The notes under the pieces are model-generated. The model searched no databases, had not been told where the DNA came from, and saw only the letters and a program-made list of their open reading frames with translations. A DNA stretch of 64,000 bases from Gemmatimonadota bacterium (GTDB taxonomy: Bacteria > Latescibacterota > UBA2968 > UBA8231): assembly GCA_038153405.1 (NCBI GenBank), contig JAYOYH010000006.1, positions 70,911-134,910 on the forward strand, in the 5' to 3' direction. This document shows, in pieces, positions 46,617 to 55,406 of this stretch; position 1 is the first letter of the stretch; every line of letters starts with the position of its first letter. A program made the translations under genes and the position numbers.

Positions 46617-48643
46617 TGCGCCACTCCTATCAGCTGAGTGCTCTCAAATGTCTCCGAATCGGCGGCGACTTCCACCCTGCAAAAGTAGAGTCCCGGTGGC
46701 ACGGTGCGTCCAGCTGCATCGCGTCCGTCCCACGCATCCGAGTACGAGCCGGAAGAGCGCGGCACCGTTGACAGGCTGCGCACGCGGCGCCCGCTGAGGT
46801 CGTAAATGTCGACGGATACGTCGATATCAGCCGAAAATTGCGATAAGATTAATTCGATATCGACACCGTCGTTGATGCCGTCGCCGTTTGGCGTGATAAA
46901 GTGCGTGGAGAGGTCGACGCGCATATCCGGTTCCGACTGATTAGCGAAGGCGTTCATGACGCCGGTGCTAATGGCATCGCTGGCATTGCCTGGAGCAATC
47001 GGATGCGGCGGCACGCCGTCGTCGCCCAACAACCAGGCATTGATCGGCGTATTGTGCTCTAGCAGGCGCATGTCGAATACGACGCGCACGGGCTGGTTGT
47101 TGGCGCTGCGAACGGGGGCAAAGAGCACGTCAAAGCCCCGTTCGCGAGTCACCACCTTGACATCGGCAACTGAGGTGAGCGGATCGCCAGCCCGTAGGTC
47201 TAAGAACGCGGGCGGCGGGAAGGCCTCGATGCGAATGCCGCGATAGCCCGCTAGATCGGCGCTGGAAAACTCCGTTCGCACATCGTAGACGAAGGTCGTG
47301 TCGACGCCGCTGGCCACTTCTAATACGCCGCTAGCCGGCTGTAGGTTCGAAGCGAGGGCAATTTCGCCGATGGCTCTGCTGACCAGACTCGGGGAGAACT
47401 GCACCTGTAGTGTATCGATGCGTATGGCATTTTCTGCGTCGCCGTTAAAAAATACGCGAAACTGCATGTACTGGCGGGGGCTGGGCAGTTCAATGGGCAT
47501 TTCCAATAGCCCGGTCGAATTGATCTCGACGCCCGGAGACCAGGCACTCCAGTTGTCGACATCGGCGCGGATATCGCCTTTGACAAAATCGCGAACGGGA
47601 CCCTGCTCTTCGACGGGCAGGTCGAGGTAGGGCGCGCGATCGAGCTCCTCTAGCAGTGCCCCGGTTGTGGGATCCTGTCGATATAGGGCACGCCGCGGCA
47701 GGTCGCTGTTATACTCGGCAAAAGAGACTTCTTCCTGTGAGCCGGTGTTGCGATCGCGCCGAAAGTAGCTAAGTGGCGTATCGTCTGCGCCCGTGCGCAG
47801 TTGAATCATAGCCGTAGGCGTAGTGGCCGGATCGCCCAGCGCGCTCGTCAGGCGTGTCGCGTGCACGCGCAGCAGGCCGTAATTAACAGCTGATCCAAAC
47901 GAATGCAGCGAAGATTCATAGCTGGCAATGGGCACGAAGCCCTGTCCGTAGATTTCGAATTCGGCAATGTTGAACGTCGTTTTCGAGAGCACCAGGAGCT
48001 GCAGAAAACGCCCCTGCAGCGGAGCGAATTGAATATCGACGACCTGCTGTCTATTCACCTCGACGCGGCGCAGCAGTTCGTATTCGGGGCGATTTATATT
48101 GTTAAACGTCTCGCCGTCGTTAACCTGCAGTTCAAACGCCTTAATGAAGGCATCGGGGTCATCGGGTTCGGGATAGAAACGTATGCGGTTGATGGGAAAG
48201 GGTGCACCTAAATCCCAGAAGAACGCCGCGCCGGCTTGGCTTTGAGCCGACTTAAATACGCTCTTTGAAGACGTCTTGGGATCGCCGTCGATCAAATCAA
48301 GCGGTCCGTTGAGCTGGTTGAAAAAGCCGTCGTTCGACCAGGCGCGCGGTTGGCCACCCTGGGTAAAGTCGAGCGGCTGTCCGTTGAGAAAGCGCTGTCC
48401 CGAAGAGTTCAGCAACTCGATTAGGCTTTCGCTTTCGGCCAGTTCGAGTGGCTGTAGGGCGCCGTCGACGTCGAGTGCGCCGATCTGCGTTTCCGCCTGC
48501 GACGACCAAGATAGTCCGCCTTTGCCTATGTGCCATACGTCGATCTGTGCGCAGCTATCCCGAGGCGAAAAGAGGATTGCTGATGCCGTGAGTCCAATTG
48601 CGAGTGTGCGCAGAAGGGAATGCGATTTCATACCGGTGCTCAA
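46613..48643 (-). CDS. Exported protein, paralog of its neighbours, with C-terminal FlgD-Ig domain
   Basis: Signal peptide; FWDLGAP..IAEFEIYG; NWSAWS; ITPNGDGIND..WDGRDAAG..PPGLY. Confidence 0.75.
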   Translation of the reverse strand: MSTGMKSHSLLRTLAIGLTASAILFSPRDSCAQIDVWHIGKGGLSWSSQAETQIGALDVDGALQPLELAESESLIELLNSSGQRFLNGQPLDFTQGGQPRAWSNDGFFNQLNGPLDLIDGDPKTSSKSVFKSAQSQAGAAFFWDLGAPFPINRIRFYPEPDDPDAFIKAFELQVNDGETFNNINRPEYELLRRVEVNRQQVVDIQFAPLQGRFLQLLVLSKTTFNIAEFEIYGQGFVPIASYESSLHSFGSAVNYGLLRVHATRLTSALGDPATTPTAMIQLRTGADDTPLSYFRRDRNTGSQEEVSFAEYNSDLPRRALYRQDPTTGALLEELDRAPYLDLPVEEQGPVRDFVKGDIRADVDNWSAWSPGVEINSTGLLEMPIELPSPRQYMQFRVFFNGDAENAIRIDTLQVQFSPSLVSRAIGEIALASNLQPASGVLEVASGVDTTFVYDVRTEFSSADLAGYRGIRIEAFPPPAFLDLRAGDPLTSVADVKVVTRERGFDVLFAPVRSANNQPVRVVFDMRLLEHNTPINAWLLGDDGVPPHPIAPGNASDAISTGVMNAFANQSEPDMRVDLSTHFITPNGDGINDGVDIELILSQFSADIDVSVDIYDLSGRRVRSLSTVPRSSGSYSDAWDGRDAAGRTVPPGLYFCRVEVAADSETFESTQLIGVAH

Positions 48644-49347
48644 TTGCGCGACTGGGCGGTGGCCGCCGAATAGCCCTGCAAAATATCGCGGCTAAAAGAA
48701 AAGCTCAGATCTAGGGTCTCGATTGGGACGTTGGCGTAGTCAAAGCGCAGTGCGACGCCCTTAATGAGCACGTCGATGTTGCTCACGTCGTCGTGCAGCG
48801 TGGGAAATACGAGAAAGCCCTGCTCTTCGTTGCCGCTAAAGATGAGTGCGTCGCTGTAGAGGGTGCGTTTGAGCGCGTCGGTGCGGGTTTGGAACGACGC
48901 GCGGCCCTGGCCCGTGCGTCCCAGCCAGAAGGCGCGGTAGTAGTTGTATAGGTCGGCGTAACTCAGCGACTCGTAGTAGCGGCTGTTGGCCGTTGAAATA
49001 GAGGCGTTGAGCGGGTCGATCTGAATCTTGGGGTACTGGTAGTTATTTACTTTGAGGCGAAAGACGGTGAAGCGCGCCGGTGTGTGTTCGTCGCCGGGGG
49101 CTTTCCACGTGCCGAAGGTGTAGGGGTTGGCCGAGGGGTCGGCGCTGGCCGCAGAGAGCCGGTTGAGCTCGTCATCGGTCATGGGCTTTAGGTTAATTGA
49201 CAGGCGATCGCGCGTGAAGGTGATCGACCCATCGTCGTTGAGGGTCATCCCGTCATCCTGTTGTTCGGATGGAAGTAGCGGGGTGTGGAAATAGCGACCA
49301 CAGCCGCTAAACGCGACCAGCAATAATATGAGGAATATTCCGCGCAT
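48640..49347 (-). CDS. Lipoprotein of unknown function
   Basis: MRGIFLILLLVAFSGC lipobox; beta-rich; GAGTT/GAAGG RBS-like sequence upstream. Confidence 0.75.
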   Translation of the reverse strand: MRGIFLILLLVAFSGCGRYFHTPLLPSEQQDDGMTLNDDGSITFTRDRLSINLKPMTDDELNRLSAASADPSANPYTFGTWKAPGDEHTPARFTVFRLKVNNYQYPKIQIDPLNASISTANSRYYESLSYADLYNYYRAFWLGRTGQGRASFQTRTDALKRTLYSDALIFSGNEEQGFLVFPTLHDDVSNIDVLIKGVALRFDYANVPIETLDLSFSFSRDILQGYSAATAQSRN

Positions 49348-49396
49348 GAACTCGACCTTCGCCTAAAGCAGTAAGACTAATAGCGGTGTAGACCAG

Positions 49397-49436
49397 AAAA
49401 AAGTCGGGCCAATTGGACCTCTCCAATTGGCCCGAC
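49397..49436 (-). terminator. Intra-operon rho-independent terminator / mRNA-stabilising hairpin
   Basis: Minus strand GTCGGGCCAATTGGA-GAGG-TCCAATTGGCCCGAC-TTTTTT, between the 318-aa gene and the lipoprotein gene. Confidence 0.85.
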
Positions 49437-49471
49437 ACACATACTCAGGGCACTGCTATTAACAAGAGACT

Positions 49472-50428
49472 CTATTTGAACGAGTTCTTGATATCGCCCC
49501 AGGTTGAGGATTCGACGGCCGTGGCGCTGCTGGCGTACTCGCCCATGCGCAGCAGCTTGGCGATCGAGTAGTACTGACGAGCCGAAGCTTCGGGACCGCG
49601 GGTCGTCCAGTCGTTGCGACCACCGGGGGTGCCATCTTCGTTCGGGTTGAAGCTCGAATCCGGGCCCTCGCCGTCTTCGTACCACATGGCGAAGGGCATA
49701 CCGGCACCGTCTTCGCCGGATACGTTGTCCAACTGCCAGACTTCGCTGACGCTGGGACCAGCATCTTCCTGAAAGGCCAGCACTTTGACGCTGAACTCGT
49801 AGTAGGTGGTGCCGCCGTCGGTCCACAGATCAGCAGCCCAAGCTTCCGCCGGATCGACGCGCACGGCGAAATCAATCCACGGAGCTTCGCCATACTCGGC
49901 CCAAGCTTCCTGCTCGGTGTAGCGGAAAGCGACGTTGGTGGGAGGGCTGAGATCGCCGGGAGCCATCAGCCATTCCATCGTGTAACCCGAGGCCGGGCTG
50001 CGCTCGCGGCCGTGATCCTGCGGATCGAGGCCAACTTGCAGCATGTCACCGTCCCAGCGCGCGACGTTGGTGCCGGCGTGGGCGATGACGTCGTCGGTGG
50101 CTTCGAGGAAGACGTACCAGCGATTGTCGTCGCCGCCCTTCCAGCCCATGAACGTGGTGACGTTGAGGTCACTGCGATCGGGGGCGGGGCGATCGCCTTC
50201 GTCGCGCCACTCGTCGTTGGTCAGCGTAAACTCGGGATCGAACCAGGCCCAATCGTCGTTGAAGCCGTCCATGCTCATCGAGCCGGGATTCGGCACTTCG
50301 AGCATGTAGAACCAGAAGCCCTGGCTACCGTTGCGGTCGGCCAGCGCCGGCGGATCAAAAAACTGAGCGCTCGCTATGCCAACGAGGCACAGGCTAACAG
50401 CCAGAGCTCTCTTCGCTACTTTAAGCAT
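49472..50428 (-). CDS. Exported CBM9/DOMON-like (sugar-binding fold) protein with C-terminal TAVE..TWGxIK tail
   Basis: Signal peptide (..ASAQ); MDGFNDDW, MGW..NRWYVFLEATDD, WDGDMLQVGLD, YYEF pattern typical of CBM9-like domains; ends ATAVESSTWGDIKNSFK; AGGAGG RBS. Confidence 0.65.
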   Translation of the reverse strand: MLKVAKRALAVSLCLVGIASAQFFDPPALADRNGSQGFWFYMLEVPNPGSMSMDGFNDDWAWFDPEFTLTNDEWRDEGDRPAPDRSDLNVTTFMGWKGGDDNRWYVFLEATDDVIAHAGTNVARWDGDMLQVGLDPQDHGRERSPASGYTMEWLMAPGDLSPPTNVAFRYTEQEAWAEYGEAPWIDFAVRVDPAEAWAADLWTDGGTTYYEFSVKVLAFQEDAGPSVSEVWQLDNVSGEDGAGMPFAMWYEDGEGPDSSFNPNEDGTPGGRNDWTTRGPEASARQYYSIAKLLRMGEYASSATAVESSTWGDIKNSFK

Positions 50429-50616
50429 CGTTTCCTCCTAGGTTGCGGATGAATGCCCTGTAGGTTTGGTGAATGCTGCGCAGTGCGCGCAGAGAAGGAC
50501 AAATATATCTGCCATAAGTGTTGAAACAATAAACGAAAGACGCGTTCGAGTGTCAACAGGTGAAAGCATAGAAAATCTACTAATTGTGATTATATATTGC
50601 AATTTACATCTTTACC

Positions 50617-51618
50617 TCAGCGCGTATTGCCCCCCTCGGGGCCAATGTCGCCGGCGCTGAGGGCGGCCCCTTCTAACACTTCGCTATACCCGGGATAGGT
50701 GACGGAATACTTGAAGCCCTCATTGGTGCCGGCCGCGCCGTAGCGCCCCTGTTTATCCAACGCGACAAAGTTGATATGCAGGTCTTCAACTGGACGAGGA
50801 TCAGCCGCAACTACGCGCTTTATGGCGGCAATGCAGGCCGCCTCTGGATGCAGGCCCTGGCGCATATACTCCACCACCAAAAACGATGCGCAGTAGCGCA
50901 TGACGTTTTCTCCCAGTCCGGTGGCACCGGCGGCACCGACTTGGCCGTCGACGTAAAGACCGCTGCCGAGTATGGGCGAATCACCGACGCGCCCGGGCAG
51001 TTTATAGCCCCAACCGCTCGTCGAACAGCCGCCGGCTATATGGCCGCTGGCGTCGACGCCAAGCAGAGCAATCGTGTCGTGGTTATCGGCTTTGTGCTGC
51101 TCCTCCTTCCATTTCTCCCACTTCTTGCGCTGTTCTTCCGTCAGCAGGTCGACCTTTTCAAAGCCCTGCGAAAGGGCAAATTGGCGCGCGCCTTCGCCGA
51201 CGAGCATGACGTGCTTGGTCTCGTCCATAACGCGGCGCGCGACCGATATGGGGTGCAGGATGTCTTCAATGCCGGCCACGCTGCCGGCCCGTTGCCCCTC
51301 GCCGTCCATGATACAGGCGTCCAACTGCACGACGCCCTCGGCGTTGGGTATGCCGCCCAGTCCGACCGAGGCGTTGCTGGCATCGGCTTCGGGCACGTGA
51401 ATGCCCATCTCGACGGCGTCGAGGACCGAACCGCCGTTCTCGAATACTTCCAGGGAGCGTTCGTTGGCCGCTTTGCCGAAAGGCCAAGTCGATACGAAGA
51501 GAGGACGGGCAGCGCTCATGTATTTTTCCTTTGTCGCGCCGCTGACCGGGCCGGTCAATGCGATGCTGCTGGCGGCCAGCGCGGTGGTTTGAATGAACTG
51601 TCGTCGGGTGATCGCCAT
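50617..51618 (-). CDS. N4-(beta-N-acetylglucosaminyl)-L-asparaginase (Ntn hydrolase), Tat-exported
   Basis: TRRQFI Tat motif; SVGLGG.P, LDACIMD, HDTIA autocleavage site, GRVGDSP. Confidence 0.9.
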   Translation of the reverse strand: MAITRRQFIQTTALAASSIALTGPVSGATKEKYMSAARPLFVSTWPFGKAANERSLEVFENGGSVLDAVEMGIHVPEADASNASVGLGGIPNAEGVVQLDACIMDGEGQRAGSVAGIEDILHPISVARRVMDETKHVMLVGEGARQFALSQGFEKVDLLTEEQRKKWEKWKEEQHKADNHDTIALLGVDASGHIAGGCSTSGWGYKLPGRVGDSPILGSGLYVDGQVGAAGATGLGENVMRYCASFLVVEYMRQGLHPEAACIAAIKRVVAADPRPVEDLHINFVALDKQGRYGAAGTNEGFKYSVTYPGYSEVLEGAALSAGDIGPEGGNTR

Positions 51619-51619
51619 A

Positions 51620-52048
51620 CTATTCCTCGTCGTCTTTGTGGGCAATAGCGGCAATCTCGACTTTGAAATCAAAGACAATTTGCGCGCCGCCGGTGCAGGC
51701 GCGGGCGGGAAACTGTTTTTTAAAGTACGACGCGTAGGCGCGGTTCATTTCGTGGTAGTCCTCGATGTCGTTGAGCCAGACGGTGACGTTGACGAGGTCG
51801 TCGTACGCATAGCCGTGTTCAGCGAGTATACTCCCGATGTTTTTCATGATTTGGTGCGTCTCTGCTGCTACGGAGTCTTTGACGTCCTTTCCATCGGCGG
51901 TGCGCGCGATCTGTCCGCTGATGTAGAGCGTTCCATCGGCCAGGCGTGCGGCGCTGAACGGCAGCTTGCTAATGGCGACGGATTCCTGCGCCAGAGCGGA
52001 TGTGATCGTGATGCTGCAAGTAAGCACAGCGGCGAGTAGCAGGTTCAT
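51620..52048 (-). CDS. RidA/YjgF-family protein with signal peptide
   Basis: MNLLLAAVLTCSITITSALAQ signal; PFSAA..LYISGQI, FPARAC, KVEI; AAGGAG RBS. Confidence 0.9.
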   Translation of the reverse strand: MNLLLAAVLTCSITITSALAQESVAISKLPFSAARLADGTLYISGQIARTADGKDVKDSVAAETHQIMKNIGSILAEHGYAYDDLVNVTVWLNDIEDYHEMNRAYASYFKKQFPARACTGGAQIVFDFKVEIAAIAHKDDEE

Positions 52049-52153
52049 TATGTGCACTCCTTTAATGGCTTGGCGCGAGGGATTTTCGCGCAACGGTTTA
52101 GGTTCGACAGGTGCTTAATAAAGGCATTGATAGATCGGCTCACAACGGGCTGT

Positions 52154-52182
52154 TTGTCGCTGTTGGCTAGTGTTTTTATACT
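52154..52182 (+). promoter_or_regulatory. Putative sigma70 promoter
   Basis: TTGTCG-N17-TATACT (same hexamers as the pckA promoter). Confidence 0.5.
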
Positions 52183-52232
52183 AGATAGACGGCGATACTA
52201 GGGACACACTATACGCATTAAGAGGGAAACAC

Positions 52233-53543
52233 ATGGAAAGACGCAATTTTGTAAAGGCGTTGGCGACTGCGGCGGTGGCTGCACAGGTAGTGCCCGATAT
52301 CGCTGAGGCACTGGCGTCGCAAATCGACGACCTGCGCTCGGCCGTGCGCGATGCGCAAGATGAGGACAAACTGTGGCGGCGTGTGCGCAGGGAGTTTTCC
52401 CTCAACCCGGGCTTTATCCACTTCAACTGTGGCAGCACGGGGGCGCCGCCCCGCTATGTAGTCGATACGGTATGCCACTACCTGCGCTCCGACGAGATGA
52501 ATCCGTGGTCGCATGCCTTCCCCTCGCAGAGCGAAGTAATTGGCAAAGTAGCCGAGTTTATCGGAGCCGAAGTGGGCGAAGTGACGCTGACGCGCAATAC
52601 GACCGAGAGCATGAATATGATTGCTACGGGGCTGCATCTGAAGCCCGGCGACGAAGTGCTCACGACCAACCACGAACACGGTGGCGGTATGCTGTGCTGG
52701 CAGTATCTAGCCAAGTTTCACGGGGTGAAAATTCGCTATATGGATATTCCCAACCCGGTCCGAGACAAGGCGGATGTCCTGGAACTGTTTGAGAACCACA
52801 TAACCGACCGCACGCGCGTCTGCAGCGTCAGCCAAATCGATACCATCACCGGTATGCATATGCCGATGGCCGATATGGCGGCCATCGCGCGGCCCAAAGG
52901 CATCGTGATGGTCTGCGACGGAGCCCAGGCACCGGGCATGCTCGATGTCGATGTCAAGGCGCTCGGCGTAGACGCCTTTGCGTCGTCGAGCCACAAGTGG
53001 TTGCTGGCCCCCAAGGGCAGCGGCGTGCTCTACATACGCGAAGAGATGCAGGATCGCATCCGACCGGTCAGCGTATTCAATCCGGTGGGCGATAGAGACA
53101 ACTACAACATCTACAGCGCCCAGTCCGGATCGAGCAACGTCGCGCACATCTACGGGCACGGCGCGGCGGTGGACTTTCACAACGCGATTGGACGCGAGCG
53201 CATTGAGGCACGCTGCCGCGCGCTCAGCCGACGAGTGCGCGCGCACCTGCGCGAAATTCCCGCATTGACGCTTATTACGCCGGAACAGGAGGAACTGTCG
53301 TCGGGCATGGTCAGCTTTTCCGTCGATCCCGACAAGGCGTCAAACAGTCAGATCAATAGCTACTTCAGCAGCCAGCACAATATCGTGCTCAAGACGGCGC
53401 AGGGAACGTATCCCTATGTGCCCGAAGATCACCAGACCGGGCCGCGCATCAATTACAATGCCATCCGCGTGTCCACCCACATATTCAATAGCGAGGACGA
53501 AGTCGATAAAATGGCCGAATTGATGAAGGCGTTTTTGGCCTAG
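52233..53543 (+). CDS. Class V PLP-dependent enzyme (cysteine desulfurase/isopenicillin N epimerase-like), Tat-exported
   Basis: ERRNFV Tat motif; TRNTTE, HEH, DGAQ, SSHKWLLAPKG (PLP lysine), IRVSTHIFN. Confidence 0.9.
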   Translation: MERRNFVKALATAAVAAQVVPDIAEALASQIDDLRSAVRDAQDEDKLWRRVRREFSLNPGFIHFNCGSTGAPPRYVVDTVCHYLRSDEMNPWSHAFPSQSEVIGKVAEFIGAEVGEVTLTRNTTESMNMIATGLHLKPGDEVLTTNHEHGGGMLCWQYLAKFHGVKIRYMDIPNPVRDKADVLELFENHITDRTRVCSVSQIDTITGMHMPMADMAAIARPKGIVMVCDGAQAPGMLDVDVKALGVDAFASSSHKWLLAPKGSGVLYIREEMQDRIRPVSVFNPVGDRDNYNIYSAQSGSSNVAHIYGHGAAVDFHNAIGRERIEARCRALSRRVRAHLREIPALTLITPEQEELSSGMVSFSVDPDKASNSQINSYFSSQHNIVLKTAQGTYPYVPEDHQTGPRINYNAIRVSTHIFNSEDEVDKMAELMKAFLA

Positions 53544-53564
53544 ACATCGCCTGTCGCGCATACG

Positions 53565-53607
53565 ACGAGAAAGGCCCCCGGCAGCGATAGCCGAGGGCCT
53601 TTCTCGT
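53565..53607. terminator. Hairpin between convergent genes (probable terminator)
   Basis: ACGAGAAAGGCCC..GGGCCTTTCTCGT. Confidence 0.75.
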
Positions 53608-53630
53608 TGCTGTTGTCACCGTGCTATGCG

Positions 53631-54311
53631 CTAGGCTATTTCGGCGCGAATTTCCTTAATCCACTGCACGCTCTGCGCCACCTTTTCGGCTAGTCCGTCC
53701 CAGTCCTTAGCATCGACCAATTCTTTGGTGATGAGCTTGGAGCCAGCGCCGACGGCGGCCACGCCTGCTTTAACCCAGGCCTCGAGGCTTTCGCGCGTGG
53801 CGTCGACGCCACCGGTGGGCATGATGCGCGTCCATGGGCAGGGACCGAGGACCGATTTGACGAAGGCGGGTCCGCCGACTTCGCTGCCTGGAAAGACCTT
53901 GACGATTTCGACGCCCAACTCTTCGGCTTGGCCAATCTCCGTAACCGAACCGCAGCCCGGAGAATAGGCGATCTTGCGGCGGTTGCATAGGCGAGCCACC
54001 TCTTCGTTGAGCAGCGGGCCGACGACAAAATTGGCCCCGTTGGCAATGTAGAGCGCGGCGGTCGGTGCATCGGCAATGGAGCCGACGCCCATGATCACGT
54101 CGAGCCCGTTGGCGATGACGTGGCGCACCGCATCGGTGAACACGTGATAGGCCAGATCGCCGCGGTTGGTAAACTCCACGCAGCGCGCGCCGCCGCGGGC
54201 GCAGGCCTCGACAATATGAATGGTTGTCTCGGGGTCTTTATGGTAGAAAACGGGAACGATCCCGGTATCGTATATGGCATTGAGAACGGCCATGCGATCA
54301 TACTGGGCCAT
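53631..54311 (-). CDS. eda: KDPG/KHG aldolase
   Basis: VEFTNRG, GANFVVGP, PGCGSVTEI, IVKVFP, MPTGGV. Confidence 0.92.
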   Translation of the reverse strand: MAQYDRMAVLNAIYDTGIVPVFYHKDPETTIHIVEACARGGARCVEFTNRGDLAYHVFTDAVRHVIANGLDVIMGVGSIADAPTAALYIANGANFVVGPLLNEEVARLCNRRKIAYSPGCGSVTEIGQAEELGVEIVKVFPGSEVGGPAFVKSVLGPCPWTRIMPTGGVDATRESLEAWVKAGVAAVGAGSKLITKELVDAKDWDGLAEKVAQSVQWIKEIRAEIA

Positions 54312-54372
54312 TGGGGGCTCCTTAGCGGTTGTGTGGTCAGATACTAAAATTGCTCGGTGCGGCTGCGCTATG

Positions 54373-55134
54373 TCAAGACAGCGTGAACGGACACTCCTGT
54401 GTGGGAAAGTGGCCGTAGCGATCTTCGCCACGCACCAGAATGGCCGGCCACTTATCCCCGGTGGAGTTGAGGTTAACCTGCTTTACGTGCGGGGGCACAA
54501 AACGCACCGTCAGACCGCAGCGGCGGCGGTTGGACGTGTTGGGGTTGCTGGCGTGATAGAGCTGGCCGTCGTGGATGGAGATCTGTCCGGCTCGCAGCGC
54601 CATATTGGCGGCTTGACTGGTGTCGACATACTCGTCGGGAATAGATTGGTTAATGCTGAGCAAATTGCCCTCTTTGTCGGACTTGGAGTGCATGACAATG
54701 CCGTTTTTATGCGATCCGGGAATGGCCTGCATGCAGCCGTTTTCCACGTCGGCATCGTCGATGGCAATCCACGCCGTATGCGCTTCGGCCGGTTCTAGTC
54801 CCCAGTACGTGACGTCCTGGTGCCAGGCGACGAATTTCTTGGCTTCGGGGTCGGGGTATTTGCAGAAGAAATGGGTAGAGAGCAGGAGCAGGTCGTCGCC
54901 CATGACCTCCTGCATGGCGTCGAGCAGGCGGCTATCGGTAGCCAATTGCCAGATAAACTCGTCCGTTAGATGGCGCGCCTGCAGGCCGATCTGGCACTTT
55001 TCGCGCCCTTCTTTCTCCTCCAACGCGTCAAAACAGCTGCGGTAGTGATCGATTTCACTGCGCTCGAATATATCGATGCTCGTGACGTAGCCCTGTTCGG
55101 CGTATTGCTGACGTATATCGGTACTCGTGCTCAT
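54373..55134 (-). CDS. Phytanoyl-CoA dioxygenase-family Fe(II)/2OG enzyme
   Basis: WHQD, WIAIDDADVENGCM..IPGSH, HASNPN..RR. Confidence 0.9.
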   Translation of the reverse strand: MSTSTDIRQQYAEQGYVTSIDIFERSEIDHYRSCFDALEEKEGREKCQIGLQARHLTDEFIWQLATDSRLLDAMQEVMGDDLLLLSTHFFCKYPDPEAKKFVAWHQDVTYWGLEPAEAHTAWIAIDDADVENGCMQAIPGSHKNGIVMHSKSDKEGNLLSINQSIPDEYVDTSQAANMALRAGQISIHDGQLYHASNPNTSNRRRCGLTVRFVPPHVKQVNLNSTGDKWPAILVRGEDRYGHFPTQECPFTLS

Positions 55135-55406
55135 ATGCGCTTGGCTCCTGTAGCTCCCAATTGGGTATCGCACCCATCGGCGCTGATGCGGTGCGCCTCG
55201 TCGTTTTACTCGGGGAGACGAGATGTGCATAATATATGGGAAAAAGGCCTTCGCACCAATCGGCTATCGGTGGGTGAGCGGGCCTACGTACTGCCGGTGC
55301 CAACAGGCTGATTTCGCGCTGCACGCGCTGCATGTGCAGCCCGTTGGTATCGGGCGCAAGATGTGCAAATGGCAATACGTGGCAATACACGGAGGAATAG
55401 GTCGGC

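Noticed and set aside
39385..50428. Canonical SusC/SusD polysaccharide utilisation locus or flagellar hook-cap (flgD) genes
   Set aside because: No TonB-dependent plug or SusD signatures and no flagellar genes; the FlgD-Ig similarity is confined to the C-terminal domain.
50551..50606. Promoter/operator of the surface operon (minus-strand TTGACA; AT-rich ATTGTGAT-N-ATTGCAAT)
   Set aside because: The -10 spacing is non-canonical (19 bp to TATTGT) and the dyad is too imperfect to assign to Rex or CRP.
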